Part shown: positions 19,456 through 30,216 of the stretch, in pieces
Layout: each line of letters opens with the position of its first letter
How positions within the stretch are numbered: the first letter of the stretch is position 1
Source: a virus
Reading direction: 5' to 3' (one strand)
Length of the DNA stretch: 64,000 nucleotides
IMG/VR virus record: IMGVR_UViG_3300027852_000040
Span: 5,214-69,213 of that record
Notes under the pieces: model-generated
Database searches by the model: none
What the model saw: only the letters and a program-made list of their open reading frames with translations
Told to the model about the DNA's origin: nothing
Program-made: the position numbers and the translations under genes

Positions 19456-19492
19456 GTGTGTTTTTTTTTTACTTAAGTGTATATTTTTTTTT
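19450..19492 (+). terminator. Tandem ACTTAAGTGT + oligo-T tracts, archaeal-type terminator
   Basis: Two units, each followed by a 9-10 T run, at end of capsid operon. Confidence 0.55.
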
Positions 19493-19513
19493 CATTTTCC
19501 TTGAATTATATAG

Positions 19514-20074
19514 ATGATAAAAATGATAGATGAGAAGAAAACTCATGAAAAATTCGGATATTATTCATCGGATTTGTCGACTAAAAGTGGTAAAAAGATA
19601 GTCTGTATTTGCAATGAGTGTGGAAAAGAGCGGATAATTTTTAAACATGGCTATCGTGATTTATGTATATCTTGTAGTAGGAGTGGAAAAAATCATCCAA
19701 TGCATGGAAAACATCATTCTACTGACTCACGTGAAAAAATGAGTAAATCAAAGATGGGGGCAAATAATCCAATGTTTGGGAAACGTGGTTATTGGTTTGG
19801 TATAACTGATGAAAATAGTCCACATTACATAGATGGAAAGTGGATAGAACGTAGTGACGCTAAACGTAGAGGATTTCCAAAACTAGAACACTTTTTAGGC
19901 AATAAGTATAATGATAAATATAAAATGGTAAGTCATCACTTTAATGAAAAAATTATCATCTATATACCAGAACGTTTACACCAAAAATATAGACATAATC
20001 TTAAAACTGGAAAAGGTATGTTGAAGATAAATAAGTTAGCATTTAAATTTCTATTAAAAGGAACTATATCTTAA
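19514..20074 (+). CDS. Zn-ribbon/NUMOD3/HNH-like protein (copy 4)
   Basis: CICNECGKER, NUMOD3 motifs, SHHFNEKIIIYIP...HQKYRH. Confidence 0.7.
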   Translation: MIKMIDEKKTHEKFGYYSSDLSTKSGKKIVCICNECGKERIIFKHGYRDLCISCSRSGKNHPMHGKHHSTDSREKMSKSKMGANNPMFGKRGYWFGITDENSPHYIDGKWIERSDAKRRGFPKLEHFLGNKYNDKYKMVSHHFNEKIIIYIPERLHQKYRHNLKTGKGMLKINKLAFKFLLKGTIS

Positions 20075-20119
20075 TTTTAATATATATCACACATTTCTTG
20101 AGTTATAAATTGATAAAAA

Positions 20120-21313
20120 ATGATAATTTTCATAGTCAGTCAAGGTCCATTTCCAAGTCCTCAAATAAGTGGATTAGCTAGAGTAAGCACTGATATTGCT
20201 AAATCTTTAATAAAAGATGATCAAAATGAAATATATTACTTTACCTTTGGGTATAAGGAAAATAATAAACCAATCGTCACTGTACCAGAAGTCGTAAATG
20301 GTATAACGGTAATAGATTCCCGATTACTATTAGATTATCTAGTCAAATTTAATCCACATATCTTAATCACAGTGGGGGAAAATTGGATGTTTAACGATTT
20401 ATTAAAAGTACACGATAGGTTTCCATACACAAATTGGATTCATTATGTGCCATTAGATTCTTGTTACACTCCTCAAACTGATATAAATGAATTTATAAAG
20501 TTGGTGGATATATTAGTAGTACCTACTCCTAATGCTCAAAAAGTTTATACTGATCATGGCATACCAGCAATAAATATCCCTCATAGTGTGAATATAAAAG
20601 ATTTCTATAGATACGAAGATGATAAGAGATTGGTAGTAGCTAAAAAATTAGGTATAAATTCCAATAAATTCATAGTTGGATATAATGGTAGATTTCAGGA
20701 AAGAAAAAATTTACTAGATTTAATATTTGCATGGAGTAAATTTATTAACATAGTTGGAGAAGATAACGTAAATCTAGTCATGCTTACTAATCCTGATGAT
20801 AGTGAAGGTGATTTTAATCTTATTGAAGTGGTAAATAAATTAGAAATTAGTAATAGTGTACTTATATCACAAGGAGATGATAGAATAACAGATAATGAAT
20901 TAAATGATTTCTATAACACATTAGACATTTACATATCTACTTCATTAGCGGAAGGATTTAATTTACCAGTATTAGAAGCATTATCAACTGGAGTTACACC
21001 AATTTTAACAGATAATGTACCACATGTATATTTATTATCACATTTAAGTGAAGATATTAGAAGTAAATTTTTAATTAAATCCAGTAAACCATTTGTAACT
21101 CCAGTGGGAACTACATGGATTAAGCCAGATTTTAATGATATAGTTGATAGATTTATTTATGCATATCATCACAAAGATGTATTAAAGCAATTAATTACAC
21201 AAAATATAGAATTTGCTAGAAAACATGATATAAATGAAATTGGACAGATATGGAGAAATTTGACAAATAACTACTTAACAATTAGCAATGAAATATTTGA
21301 GGAGTTAATGTAA
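20120..21313 (+). CDS. GT4-family glycosyltransferase
   Basis: GRFQERKN, YISTSLAEGFNLPVLEA. Confidence 0.9.
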   Translation: MIIFIVSQGPFPSPQISGLARVSTDIAKSLIKDDQNEIYYFTFGYKENNKPIVTVPEVVNGITVIDSRLLLDYLVKFNPHILITVGENWMFNDLLKVHDRFPYTNWIHYVPLDSCYTPQTDINEFIKLVDILVVPTPNAQKVYTDHGIPAINIPHSVNIKDFYRYEDDKRLVVAKKLGINSNKFIVGYNGRFQERKNLLDLIFAWSKFINIVGEDNVNLVMLTNPDDSEGDFNLIEVVNKLEISNSVLISQGDDRITDNELNDFYNTLDIYISTSLAEGFNLPVLEALSTGVTPILTDNVPHVYLLSHLSEDIRSKFLIKSSKPFVTPVGTTWIKPDFNDIVDRFIYAYHHKDVLKQLITQNIEFARKHDINEIGQIWRNLTNNYLTISNEIFEELM

Positions 21314-22408
21314 ATGTTAAATGATACAAATAAAACTACTACATTTCCAAAAATAGCAGTTTTATCTTCTTGGAATGAATCATGTGGAATTGCGTCATAT
21401 TCAAAAAATTTATATTCATATATGAATGCTAATATTAAGATATTTTCTGAATTAACTAATAGATCAGATGGAATGAGTATACCATGTTGGTCACGTGGAA
21501 AATTGTTAGATAAGGCGGCAAAGTGCATATTAAAGTTTAATCCTGATGTTATTATAATTGAATATGAACCGGGATTATTTCAACATATTAAGTATTTGCA
21601 ACCAATATTAGACTTAAATATTCCAGTGATATCGAATTATCATTTAATGAATAAACAATTGGGTGAAGAATTGGTTAATAATAAATTTGCCGGTGCATTT
21701 ATTCATCATAATAATTGGATGAAATATATAGATGGTGAAGATTTACCATACATCTTTAATGTTCCACATGGATGTGAGATTGCATATAAGTTTAATGGTA
21801 TTGATAAATTAAAATCGTTTCTTGGTTGGGATCTAAATAAATTTCATATAGTAACATTAGGGTACATATCACCTAGAAAGATGACATTAGAAAATGTGAA
21901 ATTGATAAAAAATCTTAAACGTCATAATAAGGAAATAGTTTATCACATATTTGGTGGATCACAGAATGTTAGAAGTAGATATTGGGTAAATGATAGGCGA
22001 TATATGAGAACAATATTAATGCAAACGAAAAATGATCCAAAATTTGATATTAATTTTAACGAATTAAATGTAGACAATATACACATGATAGCTGCAGCAG
22101 CTGATTTATTACTATTCAATGGTGGGGAAATTAATTGGAAATCAGTATCAGGTATAGCACAATATACGTTTACATATAAGAAGCCATCTTTATTATCTTC
22201 AACTACATTATTTGATGAATTTAATAACACAAATTCATTTAAATTTACACATTTAGGTACATCTGAAATTGAATTTGCATTTGATAATTATGACTATTTT
22301 GAAAAGAAGTTTAGAGGTACTTTAAATGATTCATATTATATTAAGAAATATGACATATTAAGTAATAATAAATTGGCATTGATTTGTAAAATAATAGATG
22401 AATATTAA
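21314..22408 (+). CDS. GT-B fold glycosyltransferase
   Basis: SSWNESCGIASYS, VPHG, GYISPRK. Confidence 0.75.
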   Translation: MLNDTNKTTTFPKIAVLSSWNESCGIASYSKNLYSYMNANIKIFSELTNRSDGMSIPCWSRGKLLDKAAKCILKFNPDVIIIEYEPGLFQHIKYLQPILDLNIPVISNYHLMNKQLGEELVNNKFAGAFIHHNNWMKYIDGEDLPYIFNVPHGCEIAYKFNGIDKLKSFLGWDLNKFHIVTLGYISPRKMTLENVKLIKNLKRHNKEIVYHIFGGSQNVRSRYWVNDRRYMRTILMQTKNDPKFDINFNELNVDNIHMIAAAADLLLFNGGEINWKSVSGIAQYTFTYKKPSLLSSTTLFDEFNNTNSFKFTHLGTSEIEFAFDNYDYFEKKFRGTLNDSYYIKKYDILSNNKLALICKIIDEY

Positions 22409-22428
22409 TAAAATGGAGCACATATAAA

Positions 22429-23115
22429 ATGACATTTAATGGATATAATGACAAGTATTTCAGTGATGGAATATACGGTAATTATAATACACAAATATGG
22501 ATGCCGGTTTATGATGTAATGGCTGCTATTGGTAAGATAACTAATGCTAATAATGCATTAGACATTGGGGCGGCTACTGGTCACTTTACTGATGGTGGAT
22601 TAGAGGCTGGTATTAATGTAATTGGAGTAGATATTAGTGAATGGGCAGTTAATCATCCTATAACTGAAAGACTGAAAGATAAGTTAATAGTTGGTGATAT
22701 TACTAAAGGTTTACCATTTGAAGATAATTCATTTGATTTAGTATATTCATTCGATTTAATGGAACATATTTATATTGAAGATATGTATAAGACTTTTAGT
22801 GAAATAGTGAGAGTATCAAATAAATATATTATACTACTTATATCACAATCTTTTGATGTATTACGGAGAGATGCTTATACTGTAATGAAAGACGAAATTA
22901 TAACAGATCCATCTGGACATGTTACAGTTCAGCCGCCGATTTGGTGGTATAAGTTTTTTATGGATTTTAATGATTCTAATTGTAAAGTAAAACTTAGAAT
23001 GGATTTGGAGTGTAAATTTAGAACTTTAATTAGTCATATGTATTTACAAAATTGGACATTCTTGGTGGTATTAGAGAAAGTATTAGAAGATAAAAGTATA
23101 AAATTGGAGGAATGA
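22429..23115 (+). CDS. Class I SAM-dependent methyltransferase
   Basis: LDIGAATG, GVDISEWA, LPFEDNSFDLV, MEHI. Confidence 0.85.
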   Translation: MTFNGYNDKYFSDGIYGNYNTQIWMPVYDVMAAIGKITNANNALDIGAATGHFTDGGLEAGINVIGVDISEWAVNHPITERLKDKLIVGDITKGLPFEDNSFDLVYSFDLMEHIYIEDMYKTFSEIVRVSNKYIILLISQSFDVLRRDAYTVMKDEIITDPSGHVTVQPPIWWYKFFMDFNDSNCKVKLRMDLECKFRTLISHMYLQNWTFLVVLEKVLEDKSIKLEE

Positions 23116-23120
23116 TATAA

Positions 23121-23276
23121 ATGGCATATAGTGTAGATAGCACAGATTTAGTAGTATGGACAGATATTGATAGTACATTGGAGACAAAACTAGGTACATT
23201 GTCAATTACAACATTACATGATATAGAAATAGTACCAGTAGGCTGTAAGTATATAGCAGTAATAGTATATGAATAG
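23121..23276 (+). CDS. Small 51-aa protein (not in ORF track)
   Basis: MAYSVDSTDLVVW...AVIVYE*; GGAGG upstream; fills the gap between neighbours. Confidence 0.6.
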   Translation: MAYSVDSTDLVVWTDIDSTLETKLGTLSITTLHDIEIVPVGCKYIAVIVYE

Positions 23277-23288
23277 GAGTAATAGTAA

Positions 23289-24173
23289 ATGAATAACAAA
23301 TTTGGTAGTATACACATTATATCTACTCATCCATATATATTACCATTGTTATTAGATTTATCTATGCAAACTTATAAGAATTTCGAAATAATATTGGTGG
23401 ATTCGTTGTTTAGGTATCGTACAAAAGTAGTTAAAAAAGTTGCTGATAAATTAGGATTAAATGTTAAACATTATTCAGATATATACAACTCATCTCATAT
23501 TGCTGGAGCAAAACAAGCTATATATAGAAATGAATGTATAAGTCATATGAATGATAAAGTTGATCGTATCATATTTTTAGATGATCACCAACGTGTAAAT
23601 GATACATTTATAGAAGGTCACATGAATAATGATAATAATGTGCTAACGATTGGTAGATGGTTTGAGATGAGGGGTAGCAATTTAGTAAATTTTAATCCAA
23701 ATGTTAATCTAACTGATATATTAAATGAATATACATATGACGAAAGACTTAAACCTATCGATTTTGGTGGATTTTGGACATGCAATTCATCTACATCAAA
23801 GGAATATGTTAGTGGTGTAAATGGATTTGATAATCGATATACCGGGGGAACTGGTGGCGAGGATTACGATTTGGCTTATAGAATTGTGAAGAAGTATAGA
23901 AGTAAAGGTGAAAATGTTGAATTCAAGTATGAATCAAATAGTATAGCATTTCACTTTAATCACGATATATACTCTCGTCCGAAAAAATGTAATCATAATC
24001 CATCTTATTTCGCTGAGAATCCATATGAAAATGGTGACAGAGAAGCATATTCTGATAAAAAGATTATAAGTACATGGAATTTGGGTGTAAAAATGTGGTA
24101 TTGCCCAAATTGTGGTAAGCGGGGAATTGTGGATTCATTGCAGGTTTTTGATTTGAATATGAAGAATTGGTAA
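23289..24173 (+). CDS. GT2-family glycosyltransferase
   Basis: QTYKNFEIILVD, IFLDD, VNGFD...GGEDYDL. Confidence 0.85.
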   Translation: MNNKFGSIHIISTHPYILPLLLDLSMQTYKNFEIILVDSLFRYRTKVVKKVADKLGLNVKHYSDIYNSSHIAGAKQAIYRNECISHMNDKVDRIIFLDDHQRVNDTFIEGHMNNDNNVLTIGRWFEMRGSNLVNFNPNVNLTDILNEYTYDERLKPIDFGGFWTCNSSTSKEYVSGVNGFDNRYTGGTGGEDYDLAYRIVKKYRSKGENVEFKYESNSIAFHFNHDIYSRPKKCNHNPSYFAENPYENGDREAYSDKKIISTWNLGVKMWYCPNCGKRGIVDSLQVFDLNMKNW

Positions 24174-24216
24174 ATGAAAGGTTAAAAGTTAGTAAAAAAA
24201 TATAGAGGTAAATAAT

Positions 24217-24807
24217 ATGACGAAAGATGTAACTCCTAAAATTGTAACGGATTGGACAGCTGTTGCACAAAATACTATAGTTGAAAGTGACACAGAAGAT
24301 GTTAGTCCTAATTATGGATCAATGTTGTATATTCAAGCATTTTTAGATACTACTACAGCTCATACAGGTACTAAGTTTGTAATTCAAGTATCAAATGCTG
24401 ATAGTGGAGATGAAAATTGGCACGATCTTACTGAGTTTGTGGGATTAATTGGAACTGCTGCGACGGATTTAATTGAAGATAACCCATTAGCTGCTGGATC
24501 AACAGCAATTGCTTTAACTGGACATGCATTAACAGTATTAGCGAAATGGTTAGCAATTGAAGATGGAACATTAGTAAATAGTGAATTAATATTTGAAAAA
24601 TCACAAAGTACAAATGAAGTTGTAGTTTTAGATGGAACGACAAATGCTCACGTACAGAATGTAGCAATATTTAATGTAGCTATGGTTAAATCGATATTCA
24701 TTCCACCAGAAGTAGTAAGAGTGAGAGTATTAGTAGTAAATTCATATGATGCTGATGGTTCAACTTTAAATTATAAAGTAGGTATATCGGAGATTTTATC
24801 AGTATGA
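24217..24807 (+). CDS. Putative virion structural protein
   Basis: Acidic Thr/Val-rich beta protein in morphogenesis block. Confidence 0.45.
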   Translation: MTKDVTPKIVTDWTAVAQNTIVESDTEDVSPNYGSMLYIQAFLDTTTAHTGTKFVIQVSNADSGDENWHDLTEFVGLIGTAATDLIEDNPLAAGSTAIALTGHALTVLAKWLAIEDGTLVNSELIFEKSQSTNEVVVLDGTTNAHVQNVAIFNVAMVKSIFIPPEVVRVRVLVVNSYDADGSTLNYKVGISEILSV

Positions 24808-26759
24808 GACAAATTTTCACACAAAAACCATCATTAGGAACACCAATTAACTTTAGTCATCCATTAGCTAAAGGATTAGTTGGATTTTGGCTTTTTAATG
24901 AAGGCAGTGGAGATTTAGTTCAAGATTTAAGTGAAAATGATAACCACGGTACACTTAAAAATATGGCGTTTCCTTCAACTACAACATCCGGTTGGGGTCC
25001 TGGTGAAAATGATGCTGACATTAATTTTGATGGTAATGATGATTATGTTAGTATTGCTAATAATTCTATTTTAAATATTACTGGGGAAATTACAATTGAA
25101 TTATTAGTAAAAGGTAGAAATTTACGGTCAGATAAATGGTGTGGATTGGTAACGAAAGGTGGATATTATCACGATAGCACTGGGTATGATTTAATAATGA
25201 TGGATGGTAGATTAAGGTTTGAGTTATATGGACTTACTACAAATAATATAGATATTTATACTACAATTTCAGATGATGTGTTATATCATATAATTGCTGT
25301 CTATAATTTAGCTACAATAGAAATATTTAAAAATGGAAAAACTGTAGGTTCCGTTGCATCAACTGGTGTGGTATCAACAAATACTGATGTTCTATCAATT
25401 GGTAGAAGATCAGAGGTTACTGATGAACTTAATGGAATAATTACTTATATTAAAATTTATAATCGTGCACTTACATCGATGGAAATAGAAGAATTATATA
25501 TTAATCCATATGGCATATTTGAACGTCAAAAATTTGGATTATCACAAACCCCTGGAATGGATTATTTATATGAATCTAGTGTAAATTTGGTTACTAATCT
25601 TGGTAATATGTCTACTTATTTTAAAATTTTAAGTACAAGTTTATCAGTTAATTTTGTTAATATACTTGAATATTTTAAGAATTTAGGTATAAATTTGGTA
25701 AATAATATTAATAATATTAAATATACAACAACACATTTAAGTGAAAATTTATCAATTAATTTTATTAATCCACTTAAGTATTTTAAGAATATAAATACAA
25801 ATTTATTAATTAATTTTAATAATATATTTGAGCATTTTAAGAATTTAGATATAAATTTGGTAAATAATATCAGTAATATTAAATATACAACAATACATTT
25901 AAGTGAAAATATTCAATATAATATCACATTATTTAACGCAAAATTAATACAATATACATTCAATATTATAGCAACACTTGTTGGTATAAAAGTTCCAACG
26001 TTATCAAAAGATCTTAATATAAAATTTGATTACACATTTGATACTCCATATAATTATTTTAAATTGTTATTAAATTTACTAATTTCACTTAATCTATCTG
26101 ATAAAAAGAAATTCACATTACCAATATCTTTTGATGTAATATCAAATTTAATTAAAAGTGTACCACACTCTAAGGATATTGCGTTTACACTTAATTTTAA
26201 TTTATCAGATGTGAGGAGCTATACCAAATCTGTTACACAATATTTGAGTTTAGGACATGTTAGGGTAATGTTAACTGGTAAGCAAATTGATCAATTAATG
26301 AATTTGAATTTAATAATTGGTAAAAGTCCAATTAAAATGTTAAATGATGTACTTAAAATAACAACAAATGTTATAGCAATGGGAGTAGTTAATTTATCAT
26401 TAGAATTATCAATTGCAATGAATGAGATACAATCTTATATTAAACGAGAAAACGTTAACATTCAATTTAATACTGATAAATCACTTCTATATACTTTAAT
26501 TAAACAATTAAATCTCACATTAGTAAAATCAATTAATACACTACTTACATATATTTTAAATCTAAATGCTCAAATATCAATGAATATAAGTAATATAAAA
26601 GTTATAAGTAAAAGCATTCAATCTAACATTAGTATAACATTAAGTAGAAATTTCACATTTGCAATTGGACGAGTGAAAATTAAAATTAGACCAATAATAG
26701 TAAAAGTTAATTCAGGATTCACTAATATAAGGAGTAAATTAAATGCCGGTAGAAAATAA
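24804..26759 (+). CDS. LamG/concanavalin-like domain fibre protein with repetitive Asn/Ile/Leu-rich stalk
   Basis: GLVGFWLFNEGSG, FDGNDDYV, IYNRAL; internal repeat 25671-25748 / 25833-25910. Confidence 0.75.
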   Translation: MRQIFTQKPSLGTPINFSHPLAKGLVGFWLFNEGSGDLVQDLSENDNHGTLKNMAFPSTTTSGWGPGENDADINFDGNDDYVSIANNSILNITGEITIELLVKGRNLRSDKWCGLVTKGGYYHDSTGYDLIMMDGRLRFELYGLTTNNIDIYTTISDDVLYHIIAVYNLATIEIFKNGKTVGSVASTGVVSTNTDVLSIGRRSEVTDELNGIITYIKIYNRALTSMEIEELYINPYGIFERQKFGLSQTPGMDYLYESSVNLVTNLGNMSTYFKILSTSLSVNFVNILEYFKNLGINLVNNINNIKYTTTHLSENLSINFINPLKYFKNINTNLLINFNNIFEHFKNLDINLVNNISNIKYTTIHLSENIQYNITLFNAKLIQYTFNIIATLVGIKVPTLSKDLNIKFDYTFDTPYNYFKLLLNLLISLNLSDKKKFTLPISFDVISNLIKSVPHSKDIAFTLNFNLSDVRSYTKSVTQYLSLGHVRVMLTGKQIDQLMNLNLIIGKSPIKMLNDVLKITTNVIAMGVVNLSLELSIAMNEIQSYIKRENVNIQFNTDKSLLYTLIKQLNLTLVKSINTLLTYILNLNAQISMNISNIKVISKSIQSNISITLSRNFTFAIGRVKIKIRPIIVKVNSGFTNIRSKLNAGRK

Positions 26760-26835
26760 TGTTGGAATGTATTTAAAATGTAAAATTAAACTTAAGCACA
26801 ATTATTATCAAAGGTTTAAACTATATATCAAGAAA

Positions 26836-26854
26836 TTCTTGAGATATATATTGA
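26836..26854 (+). promoter_or_regulatory. Putative late promoter TTCTTGAGATATATATTGA (within a local inverted repeat)
   Basis: Recurring motif; TCAAGAA-A-TTCTTGA palindrome. Confidence 0.5.
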
Positions 26855-26885
26855 ATAAACAGTAAATATATGAGGTGAGATAGAC

Positions 26886-27338
26886 ATGTCTAATAAAATG
26901 GGATTACATCTTTACAGTATCGCTAATTTGACTTTACTTGATAAAGATGGTAAGGTTAAGGAGTCTCGTGTGGAAAAGAATCTAATTACTGATGCTGGAT
27001 TTGACTTTTTATGTCAGCAAATAGCAGAAGCTACACAAAATTCAATGGTATATTCTGGAGTTGGATCTGGTAGTACTGCAGCAAATGCTAGTGATACTAC
27101 ATTAGAATTGGAATCAGCTAGAGAAAGTGGAACATATGCTCATACTGGTGGAACTAAAGTGTTTACCAATACAAATGTATTCGGTCCAGGTGTGGCAACT
27201 GGTGAAGTTAGGGAAGCGGGATTATTAAATGAATCATCAAGTGGATCATTACTAAATCGAGTAGTGTTTTCAGTCATAAATAAGGGAGCTAGCGATAGTC
27301 TTCAGGTAGAATGGACTGGAACTTTAAGTGAAGCATGA
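26886..27338 (+). CDS. Putative collar/fibre-anchor structural protein
   Basis: NLITDAG, GVGSG, VREAGL, LNRVVF pattern typical of tail-collar fibre N-terminal domains. Confidence 0.6.
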   Translation: MSNKMGLHLYSIANLTLLDKDGKVKESRVEKNLITDAGFDFLCQQIAEATQNSMVYSGVGSGSTAANASDTTLELESARESGTYAHTGGTKVFTNTNVFGPGVATGEVREAGLLNESSSGSLLNRVVFSVINKGASDSLQVEWTGTLSEA

Positions 27339-28252
27339 GTGAAACAGTAAATGTTGGTGAAACAGTAACATTAACAGTTGAATTTGTAACGGATAGTGGG
27401 GAGTATCTACAAATGGATACTATTTCCGCTAAAATTTATGATGCAAGTAGAAATTTAATAGATACTGGTACACCAGATGAGACGATTAGTGGTAATAAGT
27501 ATACGTATACGTATAAATATACCATATCTAGTAGTTTAAATCTAACTGATTACATTGAATATTACTATGAATTCATTGGAGTAAAGGATACTTCAACATA
27601 TTCTGAGGTGGATATGTTTGAAATAGAACCTAATAATGATCTAATAGTATATACAACAGTTGGAGAAGTTAGATCATATTTACAAAAAACTGTTGGATCT
27701 ACCACTAAACCAAGTTCAAATGATACTAGACGAGCAATAAGACGGGCGCAGGATAGAATTGAAGCAATAACTCATCATGCTTGGAGAAGCAAATCATCTG
27801 ATTTAGAGTATCACGATATGCCGAGATGGTCGGTGGATAATTGGGCGACTAGATCAATAAATTTAAGGCATAGAGATATATCTACATTTACTACACTTGA
27901 ATACTTTGATGGACAACAGTGGGTAAATTGTCTTACTGATTGGACTGAAGATAGATCAGATGGTGATTATTGGGTGGATTATGAGACTGGTATATTATAT
28001 ATACATGGAAGATATGGTGTATGGATTAATATATCTAAGTTTAGAGTACAATATACGTATGGATCAGTTTTAAATGGTAATGTTAGAGAATTATGTACAT
28101 TAATGGTAGCACAAAAGTTAATGTTAAGTGATGATTACTCAAATTTATTTCCAGTTGGATCAAATAGTATAGATTTAGGTAAGAAGATTGAATTAATAGA
28201 ACTAGAAATTAAAGAAATATTAGGAACATTAGTAGAAGTAACGATATATTAA
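27335..28252 (+). CDS. Head-tail adaptor with N-terminal Ig-like domain
   Basis: YTTVGEVRSYL...AQDRIE, VQYTYG; position. Confidence 0.65.
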   Translation: MSETVNVGETVTLTVEFVTDSGEYLQMDTISAKIYDASRNLIDTGTPDETISGNKYTYTYKYTISSSLNLTDYIEYYYEFIGVKDTSTYSEVDMFEIEPNNDLIVYTTVGEVRSYLQKTVGSTTKPSSNDTRRAIRRAQDRIEAITHHAWRSKSSDLEYHDMPRWSVDNWATRSINLRHRDISTFTTLEYFDGQQWVNCLTDWTEDRSDGDYWVDYETGILYIHGRYGVWINISKFRVQYTYGSVLNGNVRELCTLMVAQKLMLSDDYSNLFPVGSNSIDLGKKIELIELEIKEILGTLVEVTIY

Positions 28253-28273
28253 AGGTTTAAAGTAGATGGTAAA

Positions 28274-28702
28274 ATGATAGAAGCTTCTAATATAGTGGAT
28301 ATGATAGACGATGGATGGTTACAGGATAATATTACAACAAGTTTAGATAAACCACTTATCACTAATATAATGGTATCTGATTCAAAAAGAAGAAATGTTA
28401 GTTCTACTGATTTAATATTAGTAAAATTCAATGAAATAGAAGAGAAACAATTAGGTCACGCATATAAATATGTAGATCGCATTTATCCATGTGATATAGT
28501 AGCAAGAACTTCAGTATCATTTGATCATGTGTTAAAATTAAGAGATGAAATTATTAGAATATTGAGGGCTAATAAATTTTATTATAATACTGCCTGGAAA
28601 ATGTTAATAACTAATATAGTAGATGAGTCAATAGAAATGTCATTAATATATCAATTTAGAATTAAAGTGAAAGTACATGAATATGGAGTATTAATTGATT
28701 AA
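28274..28702 (+). CDS. Putative tail terminator/completion protein
   Basis: Size and position just upstream of tail tube. Confidence 0.5.
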   Translation: MIEASNIVDMIDDGWLQDNITTSLDKPLITNIMVSDSKRRNVSSTDLILVKFNEIEEKQLGHAYKYVDRIYPCDIVARTSVSFDHVLKLRDEIIRILRANKFYYNTAWKMLITNIVDESIEMSLIYQFRIKVKVHEYGVLID

Positions 28703-28755
28703 TATAAGAGAAATATAAATAAAATATAAGAAAAAAATATAAAAGGTGATAATAT

Positions 28756-29682
28756 ATGGTATATGTAGCAGAAAATGTATCATTAGGTTGGAAAATAGAG
28801 TCAACTTTTGGTACTGCACCAACAACAATTGATGATTGGATAGGAATAGTAACCGGATCCCCAACACTAAATGTTAGAAACAACTATAGTCCGGTACACG
28901 CAAAGCGACCAAGTGGTAGGGAAGTATTTAAACAGTTACCACTAAAGAAAGAAGTAGTAGGATCATTAAACATAATCCCACAGGATGGTTACCCATTCTA
29001 CTTTGCTATGGGAAGTTCAGTGGATACAGATGAGGGTGGGTATTATAAGCACGTACTTACCACTGGAAACTCACTACCATCTTTTACAATTCAGAAAGCT
29101 TATATTGATACTACGGTGTCATCTTACAATTGGGTGGGGAATATGGTAAATAAGTTATCATGTAAAGGTGATAAGGAGTCGCATTTGAAGTTATCAATGG
29201 ATTTAATTGGTAAAAAGCCTGTATCATTGGGTACAAGTTATGATACTGTATCATCTTCTAGTAAAAGTACGTATTTCTTTGATGAAACATCTGAATTTAA
29301 GTTATGGGGCACATCATTTGCTAGAGTTGAGGGTTTTTCACTTGATATTTCTAATAAATTGAGGCCAAAGTATTATTATAATGATGATAATGATAAATGG
29401 TTATCTGAAATTATACTAGGTAAGGTAGAATATGTACTTAAAGCGTCAATAGTTGTGGATGATGGGGAAATTTTGTCGGAATTAATATCTGAACAAACTC
29501 CTTTTAGTGCATCAATTAAATTTGAACGTAGTAGTACGGATAAATTAGAGTTTGCTTTTACTGATTGTGTATTAAGAGAAGCTCAACATGAGATACCAGA
29601 TGAAGGTGAGATAATTGTACCAGTGTCTATTACACCAAGAACTGTAACTGTTAATGTGTATGATGATATTGCTAGCTATTAA
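28756..29682 (+). CDS. Major tail tube protein
   Basis: ESTFGTAP, YKHVLT, LPSFTIQ, FSLDISN; position before chaperone and TMP. Confidence 0.8.
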   Translation: MVYVAENVSLGWKIESTFGTAPTTIDDWIGIVTGSPTLNVRNNYSPVHAKRPSGREVFKQLPLKKEVVGSLNIIPQDGYPFYFAMGSSVDTDEGGYYKHVLTTGNSLPSFTIQKAYIDTTVSSYNWVGNMVNKLSCKGDKESHLKLSMDLIGKKPVSLGTSYDTVSSSSKSTYFFDETSEFKLWGTSFARVEGFSLDISNKLRPKYYYNDDNDKWLSEIILGKVEYVLKASIVVDDGEILSELISEQTPFSASIKFERSSTDKLEFAFTDCVLREAQHEIPDEGEIIVPVSITPRTVTVNVYDDIASY

Positions 29683-30038
29683 TGATAGAGGTGACGAAAA
29701 GTATGGGAATATTTGTAAAAGATGAAGTAAAAAAAGTTGAAATTGAATTTGAAGGAGAGATATATGAGTTTGAGATTAAAGAATTAACTTGGTCTCAGCA
29801 AAATAGTCTAATTTCTGAGTGTACTGAATTGAGTAAGAGTAAGAAAATTAAATTTGATCAAGAAAAGTATACTAGAAAATGTTTATTAGCTTGTGTAACT
29901 AAGGCACCATTTGATATGACTAATGCTAATTTAATGAAATTAAGTAGAGATTTTGGTAAGTTGTTAGAAAAAGAACTTATAACTAATGTATTAGGCGAAA
30001 TAAGTGAAGTAGACGAAAAAAACTTAGAGACGAGTTAA
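29682..30038 (+). CDS. Tail assembly chaperone (G-like)
   Basis: Position; ends at slippery A AAA AAC. Confidence 0.75.
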   Translation: MIEVTKSMGIFVKDEVKKVEIEFEGEIYEFEIKELTWSQQNSLISECTELSKSKKIKFDQEKYTRKCLLACVTKAPFDMTNANLMKLSRDFGKLLEKELITNVLGEISEVDEKNLETS

Positions 30039-30214
30039 GTGGAATAAATAGTGGAAGTTATTTAACTCGTTCACTGATAACTGAATTCAAGTTAAGAAGA
30101 TATCTAAACTTTACTTCTACTGATTTTAATGAATATACCTTAAGTCATATAAGGTCATTAGAATTAATATTAAACATAGCACTAGAAGAATCCAATCCTA
30201 ATGGAGGAACATAA
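30017..30214 (+). CDS. -1 frameshift extension of tail chaperone (GT-like)
   Basis: AAAAAAC at 30017-30023; -1 frame LRDELSGINSGS...SNPNGGT* open to 30214, 2 nt before TMP start. Confidence 0.75.
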   Translation, partial: KKLRDELSGINSGSYLTRSLITEFKLRRYLNFTSTDFNEYTLSHIRSLELILNIALEESNPNGGT

Positions 30215-30216
30215 AT

